This document shows, piece by piece, positions 39,502 through 49,657 of a stretch of DNA of 64,000 nucleotides (positions are counted from its first letter, which is position 1; every line of letters starts with the position of its first letter). The stretch lies in the NCBI GenBank assembly GCA_030647555.1, contig JAUSJG010000008.1:1467-65466 (forward strand), in the 5' to 3' direction. Below the pieces are notes generated by a model. It ran no database searches, was not told the origin of the DNA, and was given only the letters and a program-made list of their open reading frames with translations. Position numbers and translations under genes: made by a program. Source of the stretch: a bacterium. GTDB lineage: Bacteria; Patescibacteriota; Andersenbacteria; UBA10190; CAIZMI01.

Positions 39502-40575
39502 TTATTGGCTTATGAGCGTGATTTTATTTACGATTTCCTCAAAAACCGTCTTAACATTTAAAGCAAATAATGTTTCGTCGGCGGTTTGCAGTTTTTTAAT
39601 TTCACGCAGTTTTGTAACATCATAAGTTGGTTTTGTACCTTCAGCCCGAATCACGTGTCCATAATTTCCCCACGGTGCAGTGCGCGTTTCGTCGGTTGGG
39701 CCGAACAATCCAAATGTTGAAACTTTTTGGGAGACGGCAACGTGCATTAAGCCGGAATCATTACTGACAAACAAACTACACATACTCATTAGTGCTGTCG
39801 TTTCGCGTAGCGAGAGGGTGACATTGAATGGCTCATGTCGCATGTTTTTTGCAATTTCCGTTTTTAAGTGGTCTTCATCCGCACTACCGAAAATTAAGAT
39901 TTTGGCTTTAAATTGGTCGGCCAATTGGTCGGCCAATTGTGCCCAGCGTTCAGTTGGCCAGCGCTTATAGATCATGTCCGAGTTTGTTCCAGGGTGAAGG
40001 CCAATCAAATTTGTTTCATTGATATTGTTTTGTGTAAGAAAATATTCAGCTCCTTTTTGCTCGTCAGAAGTAAGTGGAAAATCATATTCGGTATTTGTGG
40101 AACTGGTATCAATATCAAGCCCTTGAAGTAAGTTTAGATTTTGTTGAATGTCGTGTATCTGTTGCAGTGCGAATGATTTTGTAAGAAAGAGGCCACTATT
40201 TTTCAAGAAATGATAATTGTATTTATGGCCGATGCGTGTTGGTATCATGCCAAAAGAAAGGAGTGAACTGCTAGTGATCAACTGTCCAGGGTAAGCAACT
40301 ATCCCAATATCAAATTTTCCTTGCTGTATCGTTTTAATCATTCCAACGCGCTGTCTTAATGATGGTTTTGGGAATCCAACAAACAAATTTTTGATATTAT
40401 TATTGTGTAGTAATACATCTTTTGTTCCGCGTGGTGCCACCATCACCGAAATTTCTGCGGTGGAATTTGTCTCTTTTAGTTTCTTTATTAAGGGTGTTTG
40501 CATGAGTAAATTTCCGATACCGGACATTGCCATAACAAGAACGTGCGGTCGTTCGGTTGTCTTATAATTAATCAT
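39502..40575 (-). CDS. glycosyltransferase family 9 (heptosyltransferase-like)
   Basis: N-terminal LVMAMSGIGNLLMQTPLIKKLKE. C-terminal SLFVSNDSGLMHVAVS and LFGPT motifs. Confidence 0.75.
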   Translation of the reverse strand: MINYKTTERPHVLVMAMSGIGNLLMQTPLIKKLKETNSTAEISVMVAPRGTKDVLLHNNNIKNLFVGFPKPSLRQRVGMIKTIQQGKFDIGIVAYPGQLITSSSLLSFGMIPTRIGHKYNYHFLKNSGLFLTKSFALQQIHDIQQNLNLLQGLDIDTSSTNTEYDFPLTSDEQKGAEYFLTQNNINETNLIGLHPGTNSDMIYKRWPTERWAQLADQLADQFKAKILIFGSADEDHLKTEIAKNMRHEPFNVTLSLRETTALMSMCSLFVSNDSGLMHVAVSQKVSTFGLFGPTDETRTAPWGNYGHVIRAEGTKPTYDVTKLREIKKLQTADETLFALNVKTVFEEIVNKITLISQ

Positions 40576-41755
40576 GCTTCTGTTTTAACAAATCAGCATA
40601 AAGTTTTCGGAGCTTTGCCACACTTTGATCCCAGGCGAATTCCGTGTGGGCGCGTAAGCGTGCCGTTTCCGCCATTTCTTTTGCCACAATTCCGTTTGAA
40701 AGAATAGTAATTGTCTTTGAGGCTAAATCGGCAACATTTTCAGGCTCAAAAAGCAAGCCAGTTTTTTCGTTTCTTACGATGTAGGGGATGGCGCTGCCAT
40801 TTGTCGCCACAATAGGACAACCGGCCGCACCGGCTTCCAAAAGTACAATTCCAAATGCTTCGAAGCGACTAGGAAAAACAAAAGTACTGGCATTTTGATA
40901 TGCCCCGATGAGTTGGTCGCGGGTGGTTTTTCCTGTCCAGGTTATAAATTTTTCCAAACCAAGGGCCTTTGCTTGTTCTTCGCATTGTTTTCGAAAGCCA
41001 AAATCTTCGCCGATAATTACCAAATGCGTATCGGGAACTTGTTTCATAACTTGAGGTAAAGCGCTAATGAGAAGATCGACGCCCTTGGCCTTTGCGATGC
41101 GACCCGCAAAAAGTAAGATGTTTTTGGCGGTGACATTCCATGCTGGAAATGGATTATTTTTTTTTGTTGAAAACGTTTCGGCTTCAATTCCTGGCGGAAT
41201 TAATTCCACTCGGTCTAACATAAAGCCATCTTTTTTTAGCATTTCATGTTCGTAGGGAGAAATGACAACAACGGCGTCCGCCGCGGCGACGGTCGCTTTG
41301 CCATAAAGTATTCTGTAGAGTTGCCACTTCATTGAACGGCGATTGTCGGTGTTGTAGTAATAGGTGTTTAAAACGAAAGGGATGTTTCTTTTTTTGGCCA
41401 CGCGTGCGGCAATGTCCGCCGGTGCATACCAAAACGCATGGGCGTGTAAAATATCCATTTCCATTGTTTGTAAATCTTCTTTTAAGTTTATCGGAATGGG
41501 GTAACCGACAGAATCGAAAGTGTGCGCGTCGTGGCGGTGGATGTAAGGCGGATCAATTGGAGGTGGGTCCAGCAGGGTTGGTGGATGGTGCATTTTTAGA
41601 TTGGTGGTCTCAACCGAGACGTCTTCGCCTTCAGCGCGCAATCGTTCTACCAGTTCTTTCGTATAATCTTCAACACCGCCGGTGGCGGGAGGATAACGGA
41701 GGAGGGTGTGGACTATTTTCATTTTTGTTTTAGGAGTGCCAAGTATTTCCTGCAC
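40568..41755 (-). CDS. glycosyltransferase family 4 (GT-B, retaining)
   Basis: FVFPSRFEAFGIVLLEAGAAGCPIVATNGSAIPYIV, the E-x7-E region. Confidence 0.85.
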   Translation of the reverse strand: MQEILGTPKTKMKIVHTLLRYPPATGGVEDYTKELVERLRAEGEDVSVETTNLKMHHPPTLLDPPPIDPPYIHRHDAHTFDSVGYPIPINLKEDLQTMEMDILHAHAFWYAPADIAARVAKKRNIPFVLNTYYYNTDNRRSMKWQLYRILYGKATVAAADAVVVISPYEHEMLKKDGFMLDRVELIPPGIEAETFSTKKNNPFPAWNVTAKNILLFAGRIAKAKGVDLLISALPQVMKQVPDTHLVIIGEDFGFRKQCEEQAKALGLEKFITWTGKTTRDQLIGAYQNASTFVFPSRFEAFGIVLLEAGAAGCPIVATNGSAIPYIVRNEKTGLLFEPENVADLASKTITILSNGIVAKEMAETARLRAHTEFAWDQSVAKLRKLYADLLKQKHD

Positions 41756-42534
41756 ATTTTGTATTCATATTGTGCGCTGAATAAACACCAAAGCCAACCT
41801 TGCCAGCCGTCCAGGATACCGCGCTGACGAATAAATTTTCTGATGAGTTGCTTGAATGCGCGTTCGTGTAAAAAATATATTCTTGAAAACGGATTTGCCG
41901 GAGAAACAGAAACGGATTTGCCTGCACGGTCTTTGCCGATACCAAGCATCTGTTCCGCGTCGGCGCTGGAATATTTTTCTTGGCGCTCTTTGTAACCCGC
42001 AATTGTTTGATAGTGGCTGTGGTGGAGAATGAAATTATTTGATCTGCCTGAATCCGGAGCGCCAAATTGGATGCGCGTATTGTCGCTTTTGCGCACCACT
42101 TGTTCGTGCACCAAGCTGTCGTTCCAGCGCGCATGTTCACGACTGAATAATCTTAAATTATTGCCGGCCAAATGTTTTAGCGGACGGCCGAGAAAAACTG
42201 TGATAATTCTTAGCCAGTAGAAATTGAATTGTGGTGTTTCTAAAATAGCGCGCAGTTCGATGTTTAGCTCCGATGTTATTTCTTCATCCGCGTCAATTTG
42301 TAGAATAAAGTCGCAATTGGTTTTACTGACGGCAAAGTTTTTTTGCGGACCATAGCCAAGCCAATTTTGCTGAAAAACTTTATCGGTAAAACGCTTGGCG
42401 ATATTGACGGTATTGTCGGTGCTACCACTATCAACAACAATTATTTCTGTGGCTAAATTCTTAACACTGGCAAGAGCAGTTGCAAGAAATTTTTCTTCAT
42501 TTTTTACAATACAAATTACGGCCAGGGTTTTCAT
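41719..42534 (-). CDS. glycosyltransferase family 2
   Basis: VICIVKNEEKFL...IIVVDSGSTDNT, plus a DAD motif. Confidence 0.8.
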   Translation of the reverse strand: MKTLAVICIVKNEEKFLATALASVKNLATEIIVVDSGSTDNTVNIAKRFTDKVFQQNWLGYGPQKNFAVSKTNCDFILQIDADEEITSELNIELRAILETPQFNFYWLRIITVFLGRPLKHLAGNNLRLFSREHARWNDSLVHEQVVRKSDNTRIQFGAPDSGRSNNFILHHSHYQTIAGYKERQEKYSSADAEQMLGIGKDRAGKSVSVSPANPFSRIYFLHERAFKQLIRKFIRQRGILDGWQGWLWCLFSAQYEYKMCRKYLALLKQK

Positions 42535-43238
42535 TTTGTTTGATATGTTGACGCAACCTCCGCGATTGTCGCAAAACGAACTGGAAGGTGGCGGATAAAG
42601 CGTAAGTGCGACTCGAGACTATGAAGTTGTACAGAATGAAGCTCGTTTGCTTGATTAACATGATGATAAGTTTCAATTAGCCATTTATTACCCCAATAAG
42701 CTTTTAGCGCCCAAAGATTCCATTTCAAAACTGAAAAATTATTTCTTGATGCATTAAAAGTGTTTAGAGCAAAAAAATCTTTTGGTGGTAAATTTTCCCA
42801 ACCACGTTTCGTTGTGCGGGCAGCAGAAAAATATTGGGAGGAAATTTCTTTCACGCGCTTGTCGAACGCGCCACCCGGATAAATCAGTGTAGTTGCATTA
42901 GTTTTTTCTTTGCTCTCCTTTAATTCTTTTTGAATTTGCTCATCGGAAAGGGAAGGGAGTGGTACGTGGCTTAGGCCGTGCGCCGCTAATTCGTGTCCCT
43001 TTTTGGCGCAATAATCTTTCCATGTGTCTAGTGATAAAACGGATGTATTTGGAGGCACAACAACTTTTTTTGCGTTCACGGGGACGGCAACTGTTGCCCT
43101 GAAGCCATATTTTTCAAAAAGCGGCAAAGCCTCCGACATAATTTCGGAATATCCATCATCGAAGACGAAAGAAATTATACCGCGAGGTTTTAACATGTGG
43201 TCATTTGTGAATGGTCTCGTTTTTGCGGAGTGTATCAA
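42531..43238 (-). CDS. polysaccharide deacetylase (NodB-homology domain)
   Basis: ISFVFDDGY metal-binding DD motif. AAHGLSH His motif. Confidence 0.75.
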   Translation of the reverse strand: MIHSAKTRPFTNDHMLKPRGIISFVFDDGYSEIMSEALPLFEKYGFRATVAVPVNAKKVVVPPNTSVLSLDTWKDYCAKKGHELAAHGLSHVPLPSLSDEQIQKELKESKEKTNATTLIYPGGAFDKRVKEISSQYFSAARTTKRGWENLPPKDFFALNTFNASRNNFSVLKWNLWALKAYWGNKWLIETYHHVNQANELHSVQLHSLESHLRFIRHLPVRFATIAEVASTYQTK

Positions 43239-43248
43239 CCAAGGAGTA

Positions 43249-43438
43249 ATCTGTAGTTTGTATATAGTATATGGTATATAGTATATTAATTTTAGGGGCC
43301 TTCATTTTTCGTTGTGGTTAATTCAGACCGTGAATCTGGTCGTAAATTTATTTTTCACGCGCGCTACTAAATTCGATTTTAGAAGGTGGTAATTTGTAGT
43401 TAATAATTCCATATACTATATACCAAATACAATATACT
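43249..43438. mobile_element. MITE-like element, family 1, copy 4
   Basis: tgtatatagtatatggtatatagtatattaat ... taataattccatatactatataccaaatacaatatacta. Confidence 0.7.
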
Positions 43439-43440
43439 AA

Positions 43441-44466
43441 TCAGAATCCAATCCGCTTAAACACTTCGATATTCTTATTGCACCAGTCGAAAAGTTTTGT
43501 GACCCCATCAACAGGTGTAACTTTTGGTTCCCATCCCAAGACATTTTTGGCTTTATCAATGTTGCTGATATAGACAGGTTGATCACCAGGGCGCCAGTCA
43601 CTGCTTTTAAGCGGAATTTCACGGCCGAGGAATTTTTCCAACATTGGAAATATTTCCTTGATAGCCAAAGCCTTATCTGGCCCACCGCCGATATTAAATA
43701 CTTGGCCACTTACTTTACCGATATTTTCTACGCCCAGTTCATAGGCGCGGGCAAGATCTTCGACATATAATACGTCGCGGACTTGTTTGCCATCGCCATA
43801 AATGGTGATATTTTTTTGAAGCAAAGCGGCAATGGTAAACCACGCGATCCAACCCTGATCTTCCACGCCATATTGACGTGGGCCATAAATGCAGGATTGA
43901 CGGAAAACAATCGTTCGTAATCCGTAGATGCGGGCATAGTCGCGAACATACTGATCGGCCGTGCCTTTGGAACAACCGTATGGTGAGTGGAAATCTAATA
44001 GGCGGTCTTCGCGGATTCCTTCCGGCAAGTCGCGATATTTATAGCGCGTGCCATCATCAATAACCACAATATCTTCCATGCCACCGTAAACTTTATTGGT
44101 AGAGGCGTAAATTAATACCGGATTGGCCTTTGTGGTGCGGATTGCTTCCAGTAGATTCAGTGTGCCGACGACATTGATTTCAAAATCCTCGCGCGGATTG
44201 GCGACCGAAGTGGTGACGGCAACTTGTGCCGCCAAGTGAAAAACCGCGTCGTGTTTTTGCACTTCTTCCTCCAAAATTTTATTATCGGTGCGCATATCGG
44301 CTTTAATAAAACGAATTGCCGGATGTGTCTGTTGTAGCCACTTTAAATTTTCATCGGTCCCACGACGCGATAGATTATCCAGAACGGTTACTTCCCAGCC
44401 TTTCTTGGAAAAATAATCGGCAAAATTGGTGCCGATAAATCCGCACCCGCCGGTGATGAGTAGCTT
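43441..44466 (-). CDS. NAD-dependent nucleotide-sugar epimerase/dehydratase (extended SDR)
   Basis: MKLLITGGCGFIGTNF Rossmann motif and a YxxxK catalytic dyad. Start moved to the ATG at 44466. Confidence 0.85.
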   Translation of the reverse strand, partial: KLLITGGCGFIGTNFADYFSKKGWEVTVLDNLSRRGTDENLKWLQQTHPAIRFIKADMRTDNKILEEEVQKHDAVFHLAAQVAVTTSVANPREDFEINVVGTLNLLEAIRTTKANPVLIYASTNKVYGGMEDIVVIDDGTRYKYRDLPEGIREDRLLDFHSPYGCSKGTADQYVRDYARIYGLRTIVFRQSCIYGPRQYGVEDQGWIAWFTIAALLQKNITIYGDGKQVRDVLYVEDLARAYELGVENIGKVSGQVFNIGGGPDKALAIKEIFPMLEKFLGREIPLKSSDWRPGDQPVYISNIDKAKNVLGWEPKVTPVDGVTKLFDWCNKNIEVFKRIGF

Positions 44467-45269
44467 CATTTCTTTTTGGCGACGTAGAAGATTCCGGTGG
44501 CAATCATCCAAGGAGAAAGAGAATTCATTATTTTTTTAATCAAGACACCAAACCAGTTCAGGCGGTACGGTTCTTTACCGCGCAATATCGGCCAATCCAC
44601 CCATAGTCCATAATGACTGGACGGTTCCGGTAGGTCGTGTGGATCGATTTCCATTACTTCAAAGCCCATTCCTTCTAATAAGACGCGAATATCGCCCTTA
44701 CGAAAAACATGACTGGTAAATACCGCTTTTTGGCTCATGAGTTTGGCCCGAACAAAGTATTCCAGACTCTTCATTGGAAAATAGGTGTAACGACGGAGCG
44801 GGTTGCCATAAGGAACTTCCAGAAAAAGATAACCACCTGTTTTCAAAATTCTTTTTGCCTCTTCCGCAACCTGTTTTGTCTTGTCTTCCGCATATTCCCA
44901 AACCCCGATCGCCATGTAGCCGTCAAAAGAATTGTCCGCAAAGGGGAGGTGTAATACATCAGCGGTTTGTACCGGTAAATCAGGATATGCTTGTTTGGCT
45001 AAGGCGATGGCCTTTTTGGAATTATCCACGCCTTCCACGTCAAAACCGCGTGCCCGCATAAAAGCAATCCAGGCCGCGAGGCCACAACCGGCATCCAAAT
45101 AATGTTTCCCCTTTTCTAAGTACTTTGTGACCAATGGGTAGAAGAGTTGTTTGCGGTACTCTTCCGGGTCGTCTTTCTGTAATCCATCCGCCTCATATTC
45201 GCGGTCCCAGTTTTCGGTTGGCTGCACTCCGTCTTGATAAAACTTGCGTAATTTATAGTAGCTGTACAT
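44466..45269 (-). CDS. class I SAM-dependent methyltransferase (paralog of 48788..49579)
   Basis: LDAGCGLAAWIAFMRARGFDVEGVD. Conserved C-terminus PHDLPEPSSHYGLWVDWPILRGKEPYRLN. Start moved to MYSYYKLRKF by alignment with the paralog. Confidence 0.7.
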   Translation of the reverse strand: MYSYYKLRKFYQDGVQPTENWDREYEADGLQKDDPEEYRKQLFYPLVTKYLEKGKHYLDAGCGLAAWIAFMRARGFDVEGVDNSKKAIALAKQAYPDLPVQTADVLHLPFADNSFDGYMAIGVWEYAEDKTKQVAEEAKRILKTGGYLFLEVPYGNPLRRYTYFPMKSLEYFVRAKLMSQKAVFTSHVFRKGDIRVLLEGMGFEVMEIDPHDLPEPSSHYGLWVDWPILRGKEPYRLNWFGVLIKKIMNSLSPWMIATGIFYVAKKK

Positions 45270-45329
45270 AAGTGATGATAATAGGATACAGGTAAAACAC
45301 CTCGTTCGACAAGGCTTTTTTACTTTAGG

Positions 45330-45381
45330 GACTGTCCCTAAAGTAGCGCATACTGCATACAAAATACTGTATACTGCATAC
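45330..45381. repeat. degenerate family-1 terminus-like sequence immediately upstream of GT4 start
   Basis: gcgcatactgcatacaaaatactgtatactgcatac resembles the right terminus catatactatataccaaatacaatatac. Preceded by the hairpin tagggactgtcccta. Confidence 0.35.
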
Positions 45382-46530
45382 ATGACTAAAATTGCCTATA
45401 TTACAAACGCGCCGCCACAAGCAGGGATGGGGAAACCGGCACGAGAGATTTATAGCAGAATTAACCCCCCCCTTAGTCCCCCCTTGAATAATGGGGGATA
45501 CGTGGCGGATTTCTTTTATCTCGATGCCAGTAAAAGAGAACTATTAAAAAATGATGTAAAAATCGCGGAAGTGAGCAATCTGCCAAAACCTTTACAGTTG
45601 AAACCGATTCAGTGGTGGCGTCTGGCGCGTCAATTACCCACAGAAGGTTATGACCTTTGGCACATTACAAATCAGACGTTGTCGTTTATTCCACGGCAAG
45701 ATTTTCTATTGACTGTTTATGATTTGATTGAACTATTGGAACCGCAAGAAAAATTTGGGAAATACGTTGCGCAATATCTATACAAAGGAATTCCTAAGGC
45801 GAAACACATTATTTGTATCTCGGAATATACCAAAAAGATGTTACAGCAAGCCTACGCCGTACCTGATGAAAAAATCACCATTATCCCGTTGGGGGTTGGG
45901 GAACATTTCAAACCAATCGAAGGGGTACGAGAAAGTATCGCCTATCATGAACTGCTGGCGCAAAATAATTTACCGAAAGACGCGAAAATCATTTTGTATG
46001 TCGGGTCGGATCATCCGCGTAAAAACTTGAATTTGCTGGCCGGGGTTTTGACGAAAGTTAAAGCGCGGGTGCCAAACGCGTATTTGGTGAAAGTGGGTGA
46101 CCCTGGTCTAATGGCGGGTCGTATCGATTTTCAAGATAAATTAGCCGAACTGGGGCTAACTGATGCTGTGCGCTTCATTAGCAATGTCGGTGATGAAAAA
46201 TTACGTTTATTGTATGCATCAGCGGATGTCTTCGTTTTTCCGTCTTTCTATGAAGGTTTTGGGATCCCACCATTAGAAGCGATGGCGTGCGGAACGCCGG
46301 TTGTTTGCTCCAATGCCACTAGTTTGCCGGAAGTAGTTGGGGACGCGGGGTTGTTGCATGATCCGACGGACGTTGAGGGTTTTGCCACGTCAATTACTAG
46401 GATTTTAACGGACACGAATTATTCTGCGGAGTTGAGTCGCAAAGGATTGGAAAGAAGCAAGATGTTTTCGTGGGAGGGGATTGCGCAAAAGACGGCGGAA
46501 GTGTATCGGAGAATGACGGCGAGTATTTAG
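45382..46530 (+). CDS. glycosyltransferase family 4
   Basis: [41 protein letters not shown]. Confidence 0.85.
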   Translation: MTKIAYITNAPPQAGMGKPAREIYSRINPPLSPPLNNGGYVADFFYLDASKRELLKNDVKIAEVSNLPKPLQLKPIQWWRLARQLPTEGYDLWHITNQTLSFIPRQDFLLTVYDLIELLEPQEKFGKYVAQYLYKGIPKAKHIICISEYTKKMLQQAYAVPDEKITIIPLGVGEHFKPIEGVRESIAYHELLAQNNLPKDAKIILYVGSDHPRKNLNLLAGVLTKVKARVPNAYLVKVGDPGLMAGRIDFQDKLAELGLTDAVRFISNVGDEKLRLLYASADVFVFPSFYEGFGIPPLEAMACGTPVVCSNATSLPEVVGDAGLLHDPTDVEGFATSITRILTDTNYSAELSRKGLERSKMFSWEGIAQKTAEVYRRMTASI

Positions 46531-46535
46531 TATTT

Positions 46536-46666
46536 TGTATATAGTATATGGATTTATCAATAACAAACGTCGAGTGTTGTGTAGATGATATATATAGTTA
46601 AGGTTAAAAACAATTTACGAATGTTGTTGCTACTTCCATATACTATATACCAAATACAATATACAA
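46536..46666. mobile_element. MITE-like element, family 1, copy 5
   Basis: tgtatatagtatatggatttatc ... cttccatatactatataccaaatacaatataca. Confidence 0.7.
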
Positions 46667-46708
46667 AAATCTTGACGATAACGATGTAATATAATATGAT
46701 TAAACACG

Positions 46709-48589
46709 ATGAGTGAAAGAAAGTTATCGATTGGAGATCGTGTCATCGGTTCGGGCGAGCCCTGTTTTATCATCGCCGAAGCTGGTGTGAATCATAATGG
46801 TAGTTTGGCGCGTGCCAAACAATTGATTGACGCGGCGAAGGCTTCCGGTGCGGACGCGGTGAAATTTCAAAAACGCGACCTGGAAGAAATTTATCAGAAA
46901 AAGGTGTTAGACAATCCAAACGATTCCGAGCAAAAATATCAATTTTTGATTCCTATGCTAAAGGAATTTGAGTTGAGCGATGATCAATTTAAGGAACTGG
47001 AAAAATATGCCAAAGAAATTGGTATTATGTTTTTGGTTAATCCTTGGGACATCAAGAGCGCGGATAAGTTAGAAGAATTGTTTGATATTCCGTTTTATAA
47101 AATAGGGTCACCGGATTTAACTAATTCGGAATTGCTGTCGCACGTGGCGAATTTTGGTAAACCGATGGTTTTGTCGACTGGAATGAGTACGACCGATGAA
47201 ATTAAGGAAACGGTAAAACTATTGGAAGAAAAGAAAGTGAATTTCGCGTTACTGCATTGTAATAGTACGTATCCGGCACCGTTCGATAAAATAAATTTGA
47301 AGTTTATGGAAAAGCTGCGTGAATTTGGAGTGCCGGTTGGTTATTCCGGGCACGAGCGTGGCATTACAGTGGCGATGGGCGCAGTGGCGATGGGGGCGTC
47401 AATTATTGAGCGTCATCTTACTACCGATAAAACGTTGGAAGGAACGGATCATAAGGCCAGCTTGTTGCCGGAAGAATTTAAGCAAATGGTGCAAGGAATT
47501 CGTGAAGTTGAAATGTCGCTGGGCAAAGCGGAACGCGTTTTGTCACAAGGCGAGATGATGAACCGCGAGATTCTTGGAAAAAGTATTATCGTCGGAAAAT
47601 TTATTCCCGATGGCACTGTGATTACTCGTGAGATGTTGGAAATAAAAAGTCCGGCCAAAGGTTTATCACCACAGCGCCTAAAAGATGTTGTGGGTATTGT
47701 CGCCCAGCGCGATATTTTTGCCGGTGAATTTATTACGGAAGATGATTTGAAAGACGATAATTTGATGCGTGATTTTAAGAGTACGGATATTAAATGGCGC
47801 TGGGGCATTGTCGTGCGGTTTCATGATTTCCAAAAATACTTGCCATACGAGCCAAAATTGTTTGAATTTCATTTGAGTGACAAGGATTTGGAGATGAACT
47901 TGCCTGAAGGTAATTTCAAACAAGAGCTAGTTGTTCACGCGCCGGAGTATAGCTATCGTACTTACTTAAATTTGGTTTCCGTTAACAAAGAAGAACGGGA
48001 ACTGGCACTGAAGAATTTGCAAAAGAGTCTGGATTTAACGAAAAAACTGGCGGAAAAATTCACAGGTAAACCCAAATTTGTGTTTCACTCCGGTGGTGTT
48101 ACTTTGGCGCCATATGAAAAACCGCAAGAATTGGTGCAAATCCTTATCGATATGATAGGCCGATTAAAAGGAGATGGAGTGGAAATTCTGCCGGAAAATT
48201 TACCGGCGCGGAATTGGATCTTTGGTGGTGAATATGTAACGAATATATTTATGTTTGCCGATGAAATCAAAAAGATTTTGGATCAAACCGGTCTCAAGAT
48301 GTGCTTTGATACCTCGCATTCAATGTTGGCTTGTAACATGCATAATATTGATATTTACGAAGAAATTAAAAAGTTGCGACCATATATTAGTCACATGCAT
48401 ATTTCAGACGGCGCGGGCGTAGGAGAAGAGGGTCTTCAGGTTGGTAAGGGAGAAATTGATTGGGCGAAATTGATGGGTGTGATGGATGGCTATCAAAATA
48501 CAATGGTGCCCGAAATTTGGCAGGGTCATTTACACAATGGACGTGGATTCTTTCAGGCACTAACACACTTGAAGGGATATATGCGATGA
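46709..48589 (+). CDS. NeuB-family nonulosonic acid (sialic/legionaminic/pseudaminic-type) synthase fused to a C-terminal xylose-isomerase-like TIM-barrel (sugar phosphate isomerase/epimerase) domain
   Basis: N-terminal CFIIAEAGVNHNGSLARAKQLIDAAKASGADAVKFQKR NeuB motif plus a SAF-like segment around residues 290-340. The C-terminal ~290 aa has the AP_endonuc_2/TIM pattern FHSGG...CFDTSHS...HISDG. Confidence 0.7.
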   Translation: MSERKLSIGDRVIGSGEPCFIIAEAGVNHNGSLARAKQLIDAAKASGADAVKFQKRDLEEIYQKKVLDNPNDSEQKYQFLIPMLKEFELSDDQFKELEKYAKEIGIMFLVNPWDIKSADKLEELFDIPFYKIGSPDLTNSELLSHVANFGKPMVLSTGMSTTDEIKETVKLLEEKKVNFALLHCNSTYPAPFDKINLKFMEKLREFGVPVGYSGHERGITVAMGAVAMGASIIERHLTTDKTLEGTDHKASLLPEEFKQMVQGIREVEMSLGKAERVLSQGEMMNREILGKSIIVGKFIPDGTVITREMLEIKSPAKGLSPQRLKDVVGIVAQRDIFAGEFITEDDLKDDNLMRDFKSTDIKWRWGIVVRFHDFQKYLPYEPKLFEFHLSDKDLEMNLPEGNFKQELVVHAPEYSYRTYLNLVSVNKEERELALKNLQKSLDLTKKLAEKFTGKPKFVFHSGGVTLAPYEKPQELVQILIDMIGRLKGDGVEILPENLPARNWIFGGEYVTNIFMFADEIKKILDQTGLKMCFDTSHSMLACNMHNIDIYEEIKKLRPYISHMHISDGAGVGEEGLQVGKGEIDWAKLMGVMDGYQNTMVPEIWQGHLHNGRGFFQALTHLKGYMR

Positions 48590-48646
48590 TTAAGACGTAT
48601 GTCTTTGCGAGGGGTATCAACCCCGAAGCAATCTCTAGAAATTCTT

Positions 48647-48784
48647 TGTATATAGTATTTGGTATATTGTATATGGAATTATTTTGTGAGATTGGCTTTC
48701 TACTGTTTCGGGAATATAAAACACTAGTGTCGCCTTACGTGGTTAAAGTTTGATAAATCAATATACTAAATACTATATACTAAA
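48647..48784. mobile_element. MITE-like element, family 1, copy 6 (ends 3 bp before MT start codon)
   Basis: tgtatatagtatttggtatattgtatatggaatta ... aatcaatatactaaatactatatactaaaac. Confidence 0.7.
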
Positions 48785-48787
48785 ACT

Positions 48788-49579
48788 ATGTACGCACTTG
48801 AAAAGTTCTATCCCAAAGGTTTTGACCCGGCACGTTACTGGGAGGATCGCTATGCGCAAGAACATGCGGCGGGAAAAAGTAGTGAAGAATACGCCAAACA
48901 AGAATTTTGGCCACTAATGGAAAAATATCTTTCTAAAGAAAAACTCTACTTGGATGCCGGCTGTGGAATTGGTGGCTGGATAATTTTCCTCAAAGAACAG
49001 GGCTACAACGTAGAGGGTATTGATATTGCAGCACGTACGCTTCGGGCGCTTATGGAATATGATCCTGATTTAAAACTTAAAATGGCGACGATGACTGGGA
49101 TTCCGTACACCGATAGTTCGCTGGATGGGCTACTGTCTATCGGAACATTGGAATATGTGAAAGACAAAGTCCCGGTTGCTTTAAAAGAAGTGAGTCGTGT
49201 CCTAAAGAAAGATGCTGTATTTTTTATGGAAGTGCCGATTGCAAATATATTGAGAAAAATAATTTATATTCCACTCAAAAAAATAGAGCGAATGATCAAG
49301 ATGTGGCAGGGGCTGACGCCAACGTTTAGTAATTATCTTTTTGATAAGGAAAACTTTCTTAATCTGCTCAGCGAAAATGGTTTTGAAGTATTAGAAGTAA
49401 AACCACATGAATTGCCAGACAGAGATAGTCATTATTGTTTGTATGTGGATTATCCTTTTCTGCGAGGTAAAGAGCCGTATAAATTGAATGTTCTAGGTAA
49501 GTTAATGAAAAAAGTAGCAAATGCCATCTCGCCATGGATCGCGTCGACTGGTATGGTGGTAGTGGCAAAAAAACTTTAG
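48788..49579 (+). CDS. class I SAM-dependent methyltransferase (paralog of 44466..45269)
   Basis: LDAGCGIGGWIIFLKEQGYNVEGID. Shares the C-terminal PHELPDRDSHYCLYVDYPFLRGKEPYKLN block with its paralog. Confidence 0.75.
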   Translation: MYALEKFYPKGFDPARYWEDRYAQEHAAGKSSEEYAKQEFWPLMEKYLSKEKLYLDAGCGIGGWIIFLKEQGYNVEGIDIAARTLRALMEYDPDLKLKMATMTGIPYTDSSLDGLLSIGTLEYVKDKVPVALKEVSRVLKKDAVFFMEVPIANILRKIIYIPLKKIERMIKMWQGLTPTFSNYLFDKENFLNLLSENGFEVLEVKPHELPDRDSHYCLYVDYPFLRGKEPYKLNVLGKLMKKVANAISPWIASTGMVVVAKKL

Positions 49580-49657
49580 GGTGTATCTTTAAAGTATCAA
49601 CTTTAAGGATACACCCTAAAGTTCCAGATCCTCATCCATTATTCATAAATCACTATC

